From: Candidatus Saccharimonadales bacterium
GTDB lineage: Bacteria > Patescibacteriota > Saccharimonadia > Saccharimonadales > UBA4665
DNA: 64,000 bases
Direction of reading: 5' to 3'
Assembly (NCBI GenBank): GCA_035946175.1
Contig: DASYZQ010000008.1
Location: forward strand, 1,177-65,176
Position numbers and translations under genes: made by a program. The notes under the pieces were generated by a model that searched no databases, had not been told where the DNA came from, and saw only the letters and a list, made by a program, of their open reading frames with translations. This document shows positions 28,856 to 38,603 of this stretch, piece after piece (the first letter of the stretch is position 1; every line of letters begins with the position of its first letter).

Positions 28856-28890
28856 AATACCCCCTCGAGTTATCTCAGGGGGTATTTTAT
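28856..28890 (+). terminator. rho-independent terminator
   Basis: AATACCCCCT-11 nt-AGGGGGTATT followed by TTAT. It sits between convergent genes. Confidence 0.7.
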
Positions 28891-29015
28891 ATTCTTGCAA
28901 AGACAACTCTACTTTTATCCTTGAGCTGGGCAACGAGGCGCATTCCAAGCAGCTTGGTATATACCGACTGCCTCGTTAAGTTAATCTATCCCACCTATAG
29001 CTTCATGAGGAGGTT

Positions 29016-29492
29016 TTATTCATTCGTTGCAGCTTGCTGCCCAGCGTTTTCGATTACAAACTCCAGATCACAGCGATGGCAATACCAAAGCTTATTCCAG
29101 CGTTTCATCTGCACAGAACGTTGCCGGGAATTGATAGCAATACGGACAATAAACACTATCAGGAACAAATTAATAAATACTGCTCCTGTATTGTATCCTA
29201 GAGGAAGACGGCCACTGGCGGTTTGTTGTATATGATGGTGAATAGTACTCCATAAAAAGTCCATAGCCGAGAAGGATATCAGCGCCGTAAAAATCTGCTG
29301 AGAGGTCTTATTCTCTGGCGGGGACATTCGACTCGCCAATGCCGTTTGATGGCTAGAATGATGAGAATGTGTATAGCTTGGGCCGAAAAAGCTAGTACTG
29401 CGACTTTTGCCCGTACTATGAGTCGTACCTGTTTTATAAATTGCAGCTGCTGACTGTACCTGGTCTATTTGATGGCATTGGGGGCACTGCAT
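29016..29492 (-). CDS. membrane protein bracketed by CxxC pairs (CPQC at N-terminus, CHRC near C-terminus)
   Basis: 158 aa with 2 hydrophobic helices. SD AGGAG lies 7 nt upstream. Confidence 0.5.
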   Translation of the reverse strand: MQCPQCHQIDQVQSAAAIYKTGTTHSTGKSRSTSFFGPSYTHSHHSSHQTALASRMSPPENKTSQQIFTALISFSAMDFLWSTIHHHIQQTASGRLPLGYNTGAVFINLFLIVFIVRIAINSRQRSVQMKRWNKLWYCHRCDLEFVIENAGQQAATNE

Positions 29493-29681
29493 GCGGGTCT
29501 CCTTTTAATATACTTTAAGTAAAGTATACTCAATTGCTGCTAATAAATTAAAGCGGTGTGGCTTGAAAATATGGACTTTGCAGCTATGTGCAGCGTCGAG
29601 TTCCTCAGAACTAACCCCGATATTCTCTAGGTGGTAACACCTTTCCGATGAATTGCTGTCAAGAATAATACTGACAGCCAC

Positions 29682-29709
29682 GACAGTAACCGGATGCCAG
29701 GCTAGTTCC
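29682..29709. repeat. 28-nt exact direct repeat, copy A (spans the stop codon of the 29702 gene)
   Basis: GACAGTAACCGGATGCCAGGCTAGTTCC, identical to 29849..29876. Confidence 0.95.
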
Positions 29710-30217
29710 GAAACTGTTCCGTAGTACACATGGGCCCATTCGCAGGCCAGATACCTACGCCTGGGACAGGAGCATAGTTGGCTCCAGCACTGGCGTGTAC
29801 CGCATTGATCCAGCTATAGTACTGAGCTGTATATGGGCCAGTTGCTGGGACAGTAACCGGATGCCAGGCTAGTTCCAACCAGTAGTGATTGACATAAGCA
29901 CCGTTACCGTCTGTTCCGACTGTATTTGGGCCATCACATTTTATCTGACCCAGTACTGAGTAAGTCCCTTTGGCGATACTATAGGGTGGATAAACATCAC
30001 AGGTGTTTGTATTGGGGTACCAACACAGTGGTGCGGTATCCCAGGTACTTATTCTGGTTCCTTGGGCGTGGGAATATCTCAGGAAATATACCCCGACTGC
30101 TCCGAATCCGCATACGAAAACAACTATAGTGATCATGCGGATATTTTGGTTTAACCAACGACGCACTTTTCCTGTTTTCTTATTCGCATTTCCTTTTGGT
30201 ATTTTTCTATTTGCCAT
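29702..30217 (-). CDS. basic N-terminus, TM-anchored Cys-containing extracytoplasmic protein
   Basis: ORF 29702..30247 begins with TTG. The first ATG (30217, MANRKIPKG) has AAAGGAAAA upstream. Confidence 0.5.
   Translation of the reverse strand: MANRKIPKGNANKKTGKVRRWLNQNIRMITIVVFVCGFGAVGVYFLRYSHAQGTRISTWDTAPLCWYPNTNTCDVYPPYSIAKGTYSVLGQIKCDGPNTVGTDGNGAYVNHYWLELAWHPVTVPATGPYTAQYYSWINAVHASAGANYAPVPGVGIWPANGPMCTTEQFRN
29849..29876. repeat. 28-nt exact direct repeat, copy B (internal, encodes ELAWHPVTV)
   Basis: Identical to 29682..29709. Confidence 0.95.
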
Positions 30218-30484
30218 TGGTGATTTTCCTTTCGCCTGTAGATTCAATATTTTTGGATAATATCATGCTTATGTTTCCTACATCAAACAGAAATAAGCAG
30301 AAACAGGGTGTTGATATAGGGCATACCCCACAAAACAGTTTGGCTTATCATATTCGATATAATCATATTCAACGGAGACAGCAGCCACCTTACCACCTCA
30401 TCTCTTCGGTAGCCTTGCAACCTTCTTAAGTTTTTAACCTCTAGCAATTTTGCATAAACTATTATCTTGTTATACTTACCCCCT

Positions 30485-30961
30485 ATGGACAAACTACGTA
30501 GCCCAAAAGACCCGAATATTGCTACGAAACTTACGGCTGCAGCACTACTCCTGGGGGTACTGGCAGGGTGCGGTACCATTACGGGCAAATCAAGTAGCCC
30601 AAGGACTGGTGGTTGCACCCAGGGCCGACAGAGAGTCAAAATAGTACCATTCAGTTCTGCATCGCCGATCGGCGATGCAGAGCCATTCATAAATTGGCCG
30701 AATATTAGGCAAGATGCTGGCAATGTCAATGGAGATGAAGAAGCCGTCGTGGTCAATTATGACGACGGCACCGTGACTAGATCACAGGCTGAGCAAAAGG
30801 CAAGAGCAGTGGCTAGGGAGGCTTCATTGGAGCTCGGCATACCAGAAGACCCGGCTGCCACTGGAGCAGTAATAGGCCCAGCAGATATTGGCAACATATT
30901 GATTGGCAAGGGAGCTAGGATCAATCAATTTATCGCCAATAACGGTTGCCTTACACAATAA
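30485..30961 (+). CDS. lipoprotein
   Basis: Lipobox LLLGVLAGC after a basic N-terminus. TATACT (30471-30476) lies 8 nt before ATG 30485. Confidence 0.6.
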   Translation: MDKLRSPKDPNIATKLTAAALLLGVLAGCGTITGKSSSPRTGGCTQGRQRVKIVPFSSASPIGDAEPFINWPNIRQDAGNVNGDEEAVVVNYDDGTVTRSQAEQKARAVAREASLELGIPEDPAATGAVIGPADIGNILIGKGARINQFIANNGCLTQ

Positions 30962-31156
30962 ATCGCCCGACCCGGGCGTCAATTTCCCACTCCAAGACCC
31001 GATAAGTCGTGCCATTATAACCATTGAAATCATTTTGTGCATAAACCACTCTCCAAGGCAGAATAACGTGGCAGGGTGGAGTGCAGCCGACGGGAGCAAG
31101 CAATATTTGCAGTAGCCCCAACGCAAGGGTAGAGTAAAAAGTAGGAGAATATCTTA

Positions 31157-31810
31157 GTGTATCCGGCAGTTGGCAAAAAAGTTGCTGAGTTTTTCACAAA
31201 CTATCCCCCTCGGCGGTTTGCGAAAGGTGAACTACTCATCCGAGCCGAGGAAGAGCCGCGCGGCATCTTTTATATTACGAAAGGGCATGTTAACCAATAT
31301 GACATATCCCTTAGTGGTATTGATGTCTTTGTTAATGTATTCAAGCCACCGGCATTTTTCCCGATGTCTTGGGCTATGAACAAAACACCGAATCACTATT
31401 TTTTTGAAGCCGCTACTTTCGTAACCGCGCGACTCGCACCACCAGATGAGACGGTCGCTTTCCTCAAAAAGAACCCCGATGTTCTTTTTGATTTGCTAGC
31501 TCGGGTATATAGAGGGACTGATGGTATGCAACGCCGTCTTGCTCATATTGTCGGCGGGGATTCGAAAAGCCGGGTGATCTTTGAATTACTCAATGCAGCT
31601 GCCCGTTTTGGGGTAGACGAAAAAGCTGCTCAGGCAGTATTCATCCCGCTTAGACAAGGTGAGCTCGCCCAGCACGCCGGATTAACTCGTGAGACAGTTA
31701 GCCGTACTATGCAACAGCTTAAAGATTCAGGACTCGCAGAAGCCGCTCGTGGCGGAATTGTGATCCACAATGTTGCCGGTCTTGAATCAATGCTTGGCAG
31801 TCAGTTATAA
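31157..31810 (+). CDS. Crp/Fnr-family transcriptional regulator
   Basis: cNMP-binding-like barrel plus a C-terminal HTH (LTRETVSRTMQQLKDSGL). GTG start with AGGAG upstream. Confidence 0.85.
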   Translation: MYPAVGKKVAEFFTNYPPRRFAKGELLIRAEEEPRGIFYITKGHVNQYDISLSGIDVFVNVFKPPAFFPMSWAMNKTPNHYFFEAATFVTARLAPPDETVAFLKKNPDVLFDLLARVYRGTDGMQRRLAHIVGGDSKSRVIFELLNAAARFGVDEKAAQAVFIPLRQGELAQHAGLTRETVSRTMQQLKDSGLAEAARGGIVIHNVAGLESMLGSQL

Positions 31811-31827
31811 CGAAGGGTAGCCGTTTC

Positions 31828-33387
31828 TCAAAGCCTAAGATGCATACCGTGATGCATCATTAAAATACCAGATTGTCCTTTACTACGCTTTCGCTGGTGC
31901 TTGGCTTGTTTGAGAAGTTGTGGGCGCAATAGAAAGGCACCAACAGCTCCAATACAAATAATGAATAATCCATATCCTATTCCTGACACTTGGGTGCTAG
32001 AAGGCTTCTTCTTTTGGGGAGTTGCTGCTGGAGTTGCCAATAGGTCATGACGGGCTGAGTGGGATGCTGGGGTAACTGATCGGGGTAAGGTAGGCGAGGT
32101 CGTATGTTGAGCATGCTGACTTGTTACCGCTGGAGATGAATTGGGGCCATTCGTCCCACCAGTGCTGCTAGTTGAAGATGTACCGGGTGCTGTCCCCGGT
32201 GACGGTGTTGATGGGGTTGATGAAGCCGGAGGGGTCGGTGCTTGGAAAACAAAAGCATATTGACTTAACATACCGAGAAGGGGGTCTCCAGGGTTTATAT
32301 CGTAAGAACAAGTTGTAGTATTGCCAGGCACAAAATCCCAAGGGATAAAACCGGCTACTCCTGCCCGAAACATAGCGGTAAGTTTGGCCTGCATTTGTGA
32401 GACCCGCTGATCAAGCGTATCGCATCCACTTGCCTGATTGCTAGCATGAATCCCTACCTCACCAACGATAAGTGGTTTATTAATCTGATTCATCTGGTTT
32501 ATTCTGACCTGCAAACCGTTGTATTGATCACCGGGAAGTGGCGAACCATCTGCGTTGTAATCGTGATAGCTAGCCACATTGATATACTGACTGTTGTTCA
32601 CCATTTGGTAATCACTGCCGGAAGTACCACACTGGCCACTGCCAATTAGACCGGAACTAATAAGATGATTGGCGTCGATATGTTTAATTTCCGCCCCAAC
32701 AGCATTAAAGAAACTGAGCAGTGCATTGGCGGCGGCAGTCTCACTGTTACAAGTCTTGTTGGTCCAACACGATGATCCGTTCGTCGGGGTGGAACAGCTC
32801 GAAGCTTCCGGTTCATTGACCGGCTCCCACATAGCGACCGTCGAGTTATTTACGTAGTGAGTAACGATCTGCTGTACGTAAGCGGCATACGATAAAGGAT
32901 CCGCCGAAGAGTTGTAGTCAGCCGTATAACCCCCCTGGTACCAAGCCAGCCCATGCCAATAGTTATCATCGCATACTCCGCCCTGATCGCTTAGTGTCAG
33001 AATCAATTTAATATTATGAGCGCTTGCGGCATTTACAACTCGGTCAAGATACGTCCAATCAATTTGCCGCGTGTTTACATTTACTGCCATCGAACCCTGA
33101 AAAGCCCACATTCTCACCATAGAGTATGGCTGTAATGAACTAAAAAAATCATTTAATTGTTGATCGGTGAATGTCGACCCACAACCACTATTACCCCCAT
33201 GGTCGCTAGCCAGCTCGTAGGCATTAATCCCTGTAAACCGATAGACCTGACCCTCATAGTAAAGTTTATTACTTTGTTGACTAATAAAGGAGGAACCTTG
33301 AGCCTCAGCGGAATTTCCACAGATAGGAATAAGTTGAAAAACTACAAAAACTAGTACGATAAAAAATATGCTTCTGTGCCGTTTCAT
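31828..33387 (-). CDS. GH5 (mannanase/cellulase-like) with signal peptide, P/S/T linker and C-terminal TM anchor
   Basis: MWEPVNEPE is the acid/base motif and IVGEVGI the nucleophile motif. A PTPPASSTPSTPSPGT linker is followed by a hydrophobic helix and a KR tail. Confidence 0.8.
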   Translation of the reverse strand: MKRHRSIFFIVLVFVVFQLIPICGNSAEAQGSSFISQQSNKLYYEGQVYRFTGINAYELASDHGGNSGCGSTFTDQQLNDFFSSLQPYSMVRMWAFQGSMAVNVNTRQIDWTYLDRVVNAASAHNIKLILTLSDQGGVCDDNYWHGLAWYQGGYTADYNSSADPLSYAAYVQQIVTHYVNNSTVAMWEPVNEPEASSCSTPTNGSSCWTNKTCNSETAAANALLSFFNAVGAEIKHIDANHLISSGLIGSGQCGTSGSDYQMVNNSQYINVASYHDYNADGSPLPGDQYNGLQVRINQMNQINKPLIVGEVGIHASNQASGCDTLDQRVSQMQAKLTAMFRAGVAGFIPWDFVPGNTTTCSYDINPGDPLLGMLSQYAFVFQAPTPPASSTPSTPSPGTAPGTSSTSSTGGTNGPNSSPAVTSQHAQHTTSPTLPRSVTPASHSARHDLLATPAATPQKKKPSSTQVSGIGYGLFIICIGAVGAFLLRPQLLKQAKHQRKRSKGQSGILMMHHGMHLRL

Positions 33388-33737
33388 TTTTTGTGTTCTA
33401 CTCCCTTTGATATGTTTGTTTCGCGCCGCAGAAGAAGAGTATACGCTATAATAAACATTAGCATAAGGCTACGTTAATGTCTGTAGCCTGTTATGAGGTA
33501 GAGTAGTCGCATAGCTTTCGGCATTCTGACCTTAACGGATATTATCCGGCACATAAGGACGCCGTAGCCGATTACACCACCCTGCGGCTCAGATCAAGGC
33601 TTGTGGGATGGTACTGATGGATATGCCAAGCGGATACATATCTACATCAACAGGAGTTTTACTTATTGTATAGTCTATGTGAATTATGTTAATATTAGAT
33701 CGAATCATTTATAACAACGAAGTAGTCGTAAGTTACT

Positions 33738-35942
33738 ATGTCAGAGAGTCGGGACAGTAGACCCGTATTATCGATTGTAGTGCCTGTATACAACGAGGAA
33801 GATAATATCGTTCCTCTGGTTCAGGCAATCCATAATGCGCTCGCTATGAGTGCTATCACATACGAGATAATTTTTGTTGATGATCACTCAGAAGACAAAA
33901 CCGTCGAGCGAATTCGCGCTTTAATGGGAACATCCCCTGTGCAGCTCTACGCTAAAGAGGGCGTTCACGGGAAAGCTCAATCATTAATTGAAGGGTTTGG
34001 GCATATTCACGGGCAGTATATCGCCATGATTGACGGGGATTTGCAGTACAATCCGCGCTACATACCGGCTATGCTCAAACCTTTAATGGATGGCACATAT
34101 GATGTCATGGTTGCCAACCGTAAGTCGCTTCATGATGATAGTAAGTTGCGACGCATAGCAAGCTACTCATTTCGAATTATCTTTGGACGATTGCTGTGGA
34201 ATATGCGCATGGATATCCAGTCCGGGCTTAAGGTATTCCGCGCCGATATCCTGCAACGAATTGCTGTTGATTCCAAGCCTTGGACCTTTGACTTGGAATT
34301 TTTGCTTAAGGCGAAAAATGCTGGCTACAAAATTGGTGAAGTTAATATCGATTTTGGCGTAAGAACCGCCGGCAAAACAAAGCTAAGGGTTCTATCAGCA
34401 AGTTACCAAATTGGTAAAGAAACTATGCGCCTTAGATTTAACCCGCCCAATTACATACCCTTCAATAAAACCGATAGTCCTAGGGATGGCTTTCACTACA
34501 GGGGTAAAGCCTATGAACCATATAACCAGCTAAATATTCACGAGACTGCTGTCCACCGTTTTTCTACCCGTCAATCCATTATCGGGGTATTTTTCGCTTT
34601 GGCCATAATTATCGGACTTATCTTCGACTTTCATGCAGTATTCGTGATTGCCATAGCAGCCCTCACAACTCTGTACCTAGGCGACTTGGTGCTGAGTCTA
34701 ATAATGGTGACTAGGAGCTACTACGGCATTGGCGCTGAGGCTGTCACCGAAGATGAAATTGCGTCACGCCAGTCCTGGCCTGTATATACAATCTTTTGCC
34801 CGCTGTATAAGGAATCGGCCATTCTTTCGCAGTTTGTGAGTGCTATGACCAAGTTGGAATATCCCAAAAATAAATTAGAAGTGATGCTACTTCTGGAATC
34901 CGATGATATAGATACGATTGCGGCAGCCCGGGACATGCAATTACCGCATTATTTCAAAATCGTTGTCGTACCGGACTCTATGCCCAAAACAAAACCTAAG
35001 GCTTGTAACTATGGGCTCAGTTTAGCAAAAGGTGAATACGCAGTTATTTATGATGCTGAGGATATCCCTGATCCACTGCAACTGAAAAAATCGGTTGTTG
35101 TTTTTAAGCGCTCAGATAGCAAGATTGGTTGCATACAGGCTAAGCTCAATTACTATAACTGGGATCAAAACATCTTAACGCGCTTATTTACTCTCGAGTA
35201 TTCCCTGTGGTTTGATCTTATCCTACCAGGGTTGCAATCAATCAACGCACCTATCCCACTCGGCGGGACATCAAATCATTTTAGAACATCGGATTTGCGC
35301 AAATTCGGCGGCTGGGATCCATTCAATGTCACTGAAGATGCTGATCTCGGTATTCGTTTGGCGAAAAATGGTTATTCCACACTGATGCTCGATTCAGTCA
35401 CAATGGAGGAAGCAAATAGTCATTATCGGAATTGGATTCGCCAACGATCGCGTTGGATTAAGGGTTATATTCAAACATACTTCGTGCATACGAGGAAAAT
35501 GACTATCAAACAAAGCCGCCGTAACTTTTCAATCTTCCATTTAATTATCGGCGGCAAGGTGCTGTCATCTTTGATAAACCCAATTCTATGGCTGTTGACC
35601 ATAAGCTATTTCCTTTTTGATCATAAGGTCGGTAGCTACATACATTCATTGTATAGCCCGGTAGTCCTCTATATCGGAATTATTGCCCTGATTGTCGGCA
35701 ACTTCTTGTATCTTTATATGTATATGCTAGGGGCGGCAAAGCGTAATCACAGCGAACTTATAATAGCCGCACTGTTGGTGCCGTTCTACTGGCTGATGAT
35801 CAGCATAGCTACACCCAAAGCAATTAAAGAGTTCATAACCAAACCATTCCACTGGCAAAAAACAATCCATGGTCTCCACCTCGCTCACATGCGACTGGAG
35901 ATCGATGATACTCACTCCCTAGCGAATGTAGAGGCAGAATGA
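33738..35942 (+). CDS. fusion of a DPM1/GtrB-like GT2 domain with a processive membrane GT2 synthase (QxxRW class)
   Basis: Domain 1: VVPVYNEED, FVDDHSED, IDGDLQY. Domain 2: YDAEDIPDP, TEDADLG, QRSRW, with TM helices on both sides. Confidence 0.85.
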   Translation: MSESRDSRPVLSIVVPVYNEEDNIVPLVQAIHNALAMSAITYEIIFVDDHSEDKTVERIRALMGTSPVQLYAKEGVHGKAQSLIEGFGHIHGQYIAMIDGDLQYNPRYIPAMLKPLMDGTYDVMVANRKSLHDDSKLRRIASYSFRIIFGRLLWNMRMDIQSGLKVFRADILQRIAVDSKPWTFDLEFLLKAKNAGYKIGEVNIDFGVRTAGKTKLRVLSASYQIGKETMRLRFNPPNYIPFNKTDSPRDGFHYRGKAYEPYNQLNIHETAVHRFSTRQSIIGVFFALAIIIGLIFDFHAVFVIAIAALTTLYLGDLVLSLIMVTRSYYGIGAEAVTEDEIASRQSWPVYTIFCPLYKESAILSQFVSAMTKLEYPKNKLEVMLLLESDDIDTIAAARDMQLPHYFKIVVVPDSMPKTKPKACNYGLSLAKGEYAVIYDAEDIPDPLQLKKSVVVFKRSDSKIGCIQAKLNYYNWDQNILTRLFTLEYSLWFDLILPGLQSINAPIPLGGTSNHFRTSDLRKFGGWDPFNVTEDADLGIRLAKNGYSTLMLDSVTMEEANSHYRNWIRQRSRWIKGYIQTYFVHTRKMTIKQSRRNFSIFHLIIGGKVLSSLINPILWLLTISYFLFDHKVGSYIHSLYSPVVLYIGIIALIVGNFLYLYMYMLGAAKRNHSELIIAALLVPFYWLMISIATPKAIKEFITKPFHWQKTIHGLHLAHMRLEIDDTHSLANVEAE

Positions 35943-38494
35943 CCCGCAAACGTCAACTATCTATCGGGGTGGGTGCAATCATTGCCAGCAGCATTATTGC
36001 TTGGGTTGTAACCTACGCGCATCATTTGGTTACCACTTATAGCGATGCAATGTCGCGCCTGGATATTGCACGAATGGTAGTCGATAACCTGCAGCCGGGG
36101 CTGGCACAGCTTGGTAGTGTTTGGTTGCCCCTCAATCAACTCTTCAGCCTACCGCTCATATGGAATACCTGGGCTTGGCATAGTGGTTTTGCCGGTAGCT
36201 TCATATCGATGGCGTCCTATGTAGTGGCGACTGTCTACGTCTTTAAAATCATACGAGAGCTTACCAGTAACCAGCTCGCCGCAGGACTCGGTGCGTTAGC
36301 CTTTGGGCTAAACCCAAACCTGCTGTATTTACAATCTACACCCCTAACTGAGCCACTGTTCTTAGCCCTAATGATTACTGGGACATGCTACCTCATACGT
36401 TACCTTAAAACGCGTGATCCAAAATTTCTAGCACTTGCCGCTGTTCTATTGGCTCTACAAGTTCTGACGCGCTATGATGGCTGGTTCATCGCCGGCATAG
36501 ATACGCTCGTTCTGCTCGGGGCAGAGCTAATAGTCTACAAGCAGGCGATCAAGAAGGTTATTGGAACTCTTACTCTATTTTTAACCCCGGCTCTGATAGC
36601 CATGCTTTTATGGTTCTTATGGAATTATCTAATTTTTGGGAATATTCTGTACTCGTTCACTGGGCCATATTCAGCACATGCTCAGCAAGCTGTTATTCAG
36701 GCACGAAGTGGTCTTATTACCAAAAACAACCTACTTATCTCATCAAAGGCCTTTGGCCTTGATGCTCTCCTTAATATTGGGGTATTCGTTACCTTGGCCG
36801 GCATTGCCGGCTGGGCATTATATCTTATTAGAACGAACACATTGCCGATAAAGATGCGACTGTTAATCGCCAACCTACTGCTTGCCGCTATCGCGTTCAA
36901 TATTATCGCCCTCTTCATAGGCTTTTCTATCCTGAACATCCCCGAGCTGCACTGGGCCCCATCGCATACGTTGGCTGGTGAGTATTTTAATGTACGCTAC
37001 GGTATAACCGCCCTTCCTTTCGTAGCAGTTGGCTTCGGATTGTTAGCCGCAAAATTACGGCCGTCGTTTAGGCTGCTTCTGATCCCGTTGGTATTCTTGC
37101 AATTTGGGCTATTAGTCGGAGGAGGGCTGATTACTGTCAAAGATGGGACTATCGGCAGTAGTGCTTTTCTGAATCAGGATATCGCTGCAGCGATTAAGGC
37201 TGACGTTGCCAAAAATGATCGGGTTGTCATGTCCAGTTCAGTTTTTAACGGCGTGATGTTTGAAAGTGGGCTTAATCTCAAACAATACATCCATGAAGGA
37301 GTGAGCAGGGAATGGCAGGCAGCAATTGCTGACCCAACCTTGTATGCAAAATGGGTAGTAACTGCCAACGGTAATTTCGGCGATCCAGTATATAACAGTT
37401 TGGTAACCAAAGAGAGAAGCGTATTCTTACGATCTTACAAATTAGTATATGCCGGGCAACATGCCAACTTATATATGCGATTGGCGCCATATGATCAGTT
37501 CATAGGTATAGCGCACAACCAACTGGAATTCAACGACACCACCTTCCAAATACGAGGCGTTAACTCCTACGATCTCGCCTATCAGAGCAATGCGCAAATT
37601 GCTGACACGTTTAAAGCGCTACAGCAGGCCCACGTCAATACAGTACGTTTCTGGCTTTTTGGGGATGGCATTGCTAACGGGTTTCAGCCGAGTGCTGGTA
37701 TTTTGAATGAGAAAAGTCTCGAAAAAACGGACTACATTTTAGCGCAGGCATATAACTATCGTATACGAGTGATGCCAACACTCGTCAACAACTTCAACGA
37801 CTACGGCGGAGCAAACCAATATGTTTCATGGGTCGGCTTGGACAATGCTCACGACCAATTCTTTACCAATCCGACTATCATTGCACTCTATGAGAATTAC
37901 CTAAACCATATACTGTCACGCAATAACCATCTGCGTGGTATCGAGTATAGTAACGATCCGACCATCGCCGCTTGGGATATTATGAATGAGCCACGCACTG
38001 ACAACGGCAATACGGCACCAATTGCCACCTGGGCGAATCAAATTGCGCGGTATATAAAACAGAAAGACTCCAATCATCTGGTAACTATTAGTCTGGATAA
38101 ACCCACAGCCGACAGCGGCGAGAGCACCATCTGTGCTAGCCAATACCTTGATTTCTGCTCAATGCATATCTACCCACAGGATCCCGGCATCGCGTCATAT
38201 ACTTCTTACCCGCAAGAGCTGCAAGCAATAACCAAGTACAAACAGATCGCCAGCAGCATTAAGAAACCGGCCGTTGTCAGCGAAATCGGCATATCCAAGG
38301 CGTATCAACCATTTAATCAGCCACCACTGCCAGTCCTTAGTGACTCCTTACAGGCTATCAACAAAGACGGATACAGCGGTTGGCTAATATGGAATTGGTC
38401 TCAAAATCCTGATAGCTCCTTTGGGTTTTCGCCAGATGGCACCAATGGGTTGTACACCCAAAATGACCTCGAAGGGCTGACGGCCCTTCGATGA
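35939..38494 (+). CDS. polytopic (GT-C/PMT-like?) N-terminal domain fused to a C-terminal GH5 domain
   Basis: About 12 TM segments in aa 1-400. C-terminal IRGVNSYDL, VRFWLFGDG, WDIMNEPR and VVSEIG motifs. ATGA overlap with the synthase gene. Confidence 0.75.
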   Translation: MTRKRQLSIGVGAIIASSIIAWVVTYAHHLVTTYSDAMSRLDIARMVVDNLQPGLAQLGSVWLPLNQLFSLPLIWNTWAWHSGFAGSFISMASYVVATVYVFKIIRELTSNQLAAGLGALAFGLNPNLLYLQSTPLTEPLFLALMITGTCYLIRYLKTRDPKFLALAAVLLALQVLTRYDGWFIAGIDTLVLLGAELIVYKQAIKKVIGTLTLFLTPALIAMLLWFLWNYLIFGNILYSFTGPYSAHAQQAVIQARSGLITKNNLLISSKAFGLDALLNIGVFVTLAGIAGWALYLIRTNTLPIKMRLLIANLLLAAIAFNIIALFIGFSILNIPELHWAPSHTLAGEYFNVRYGITALPFVAVGFGLLAAKLRPSFRLLLIPLVFLQFGLLVGGGLITVKDGTIGSSAFLNQDIAAAIKADVAKNDRVVMSSSVFNGVMFESGLNLKQYIHEGVSREWQAAIADPTLYAKWVVTANGNFGDPVYNSLVTKERSVFLRSYKLVYAGQHANLYMRLAPYDQFIGIAHNQLEFNDTTFQIRGVNSYDLAYQSNAQIADTFKALQQAHVNTVRFWLFGDGIANGFQPSAGILNEKSLEKTDYILAQAYNYRIRVMPTLVNNFNDYGGANQYVSWVGLDNAHDQFFTNPTIIALYENYLNHILSRNNHLRGIEYSNDPTIAAWDIMNEPRTDNGNTAPIATWANQIARYIKQKDSNHLVTISLDKPTADSGESTICASQYLDFCSMHIYPQDPGIASYTSYPQELQAITKYKQIASSIKKPAVVSEIGISKAYQPFNQPPLPVLSDSLQAINKDGYSGWLIWNWSQNPDSSFGFSPDGTNGLYTQNDLEGLTALR

Positions 38495-38603
38495 GCAGTG
38501 AATTCGGACACATCTTTGTTAAATTTCACATTTTATCTTGCGTTACTGTTAATCTCTGATACAGTCTAAGATAATATCAATTATTACAAGGTTAGGTTAT
38601 TAC

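Noticed and set aside
33540-33620. c-di-GMP-I riboswitch upstream of the synthase operon
   Set aside because: Only a GGACGC...AGCC fragment resembles the GEMM core. The GGCAAACC-type tetraloop/receptor elements and the paired-stem architecture are not visible.
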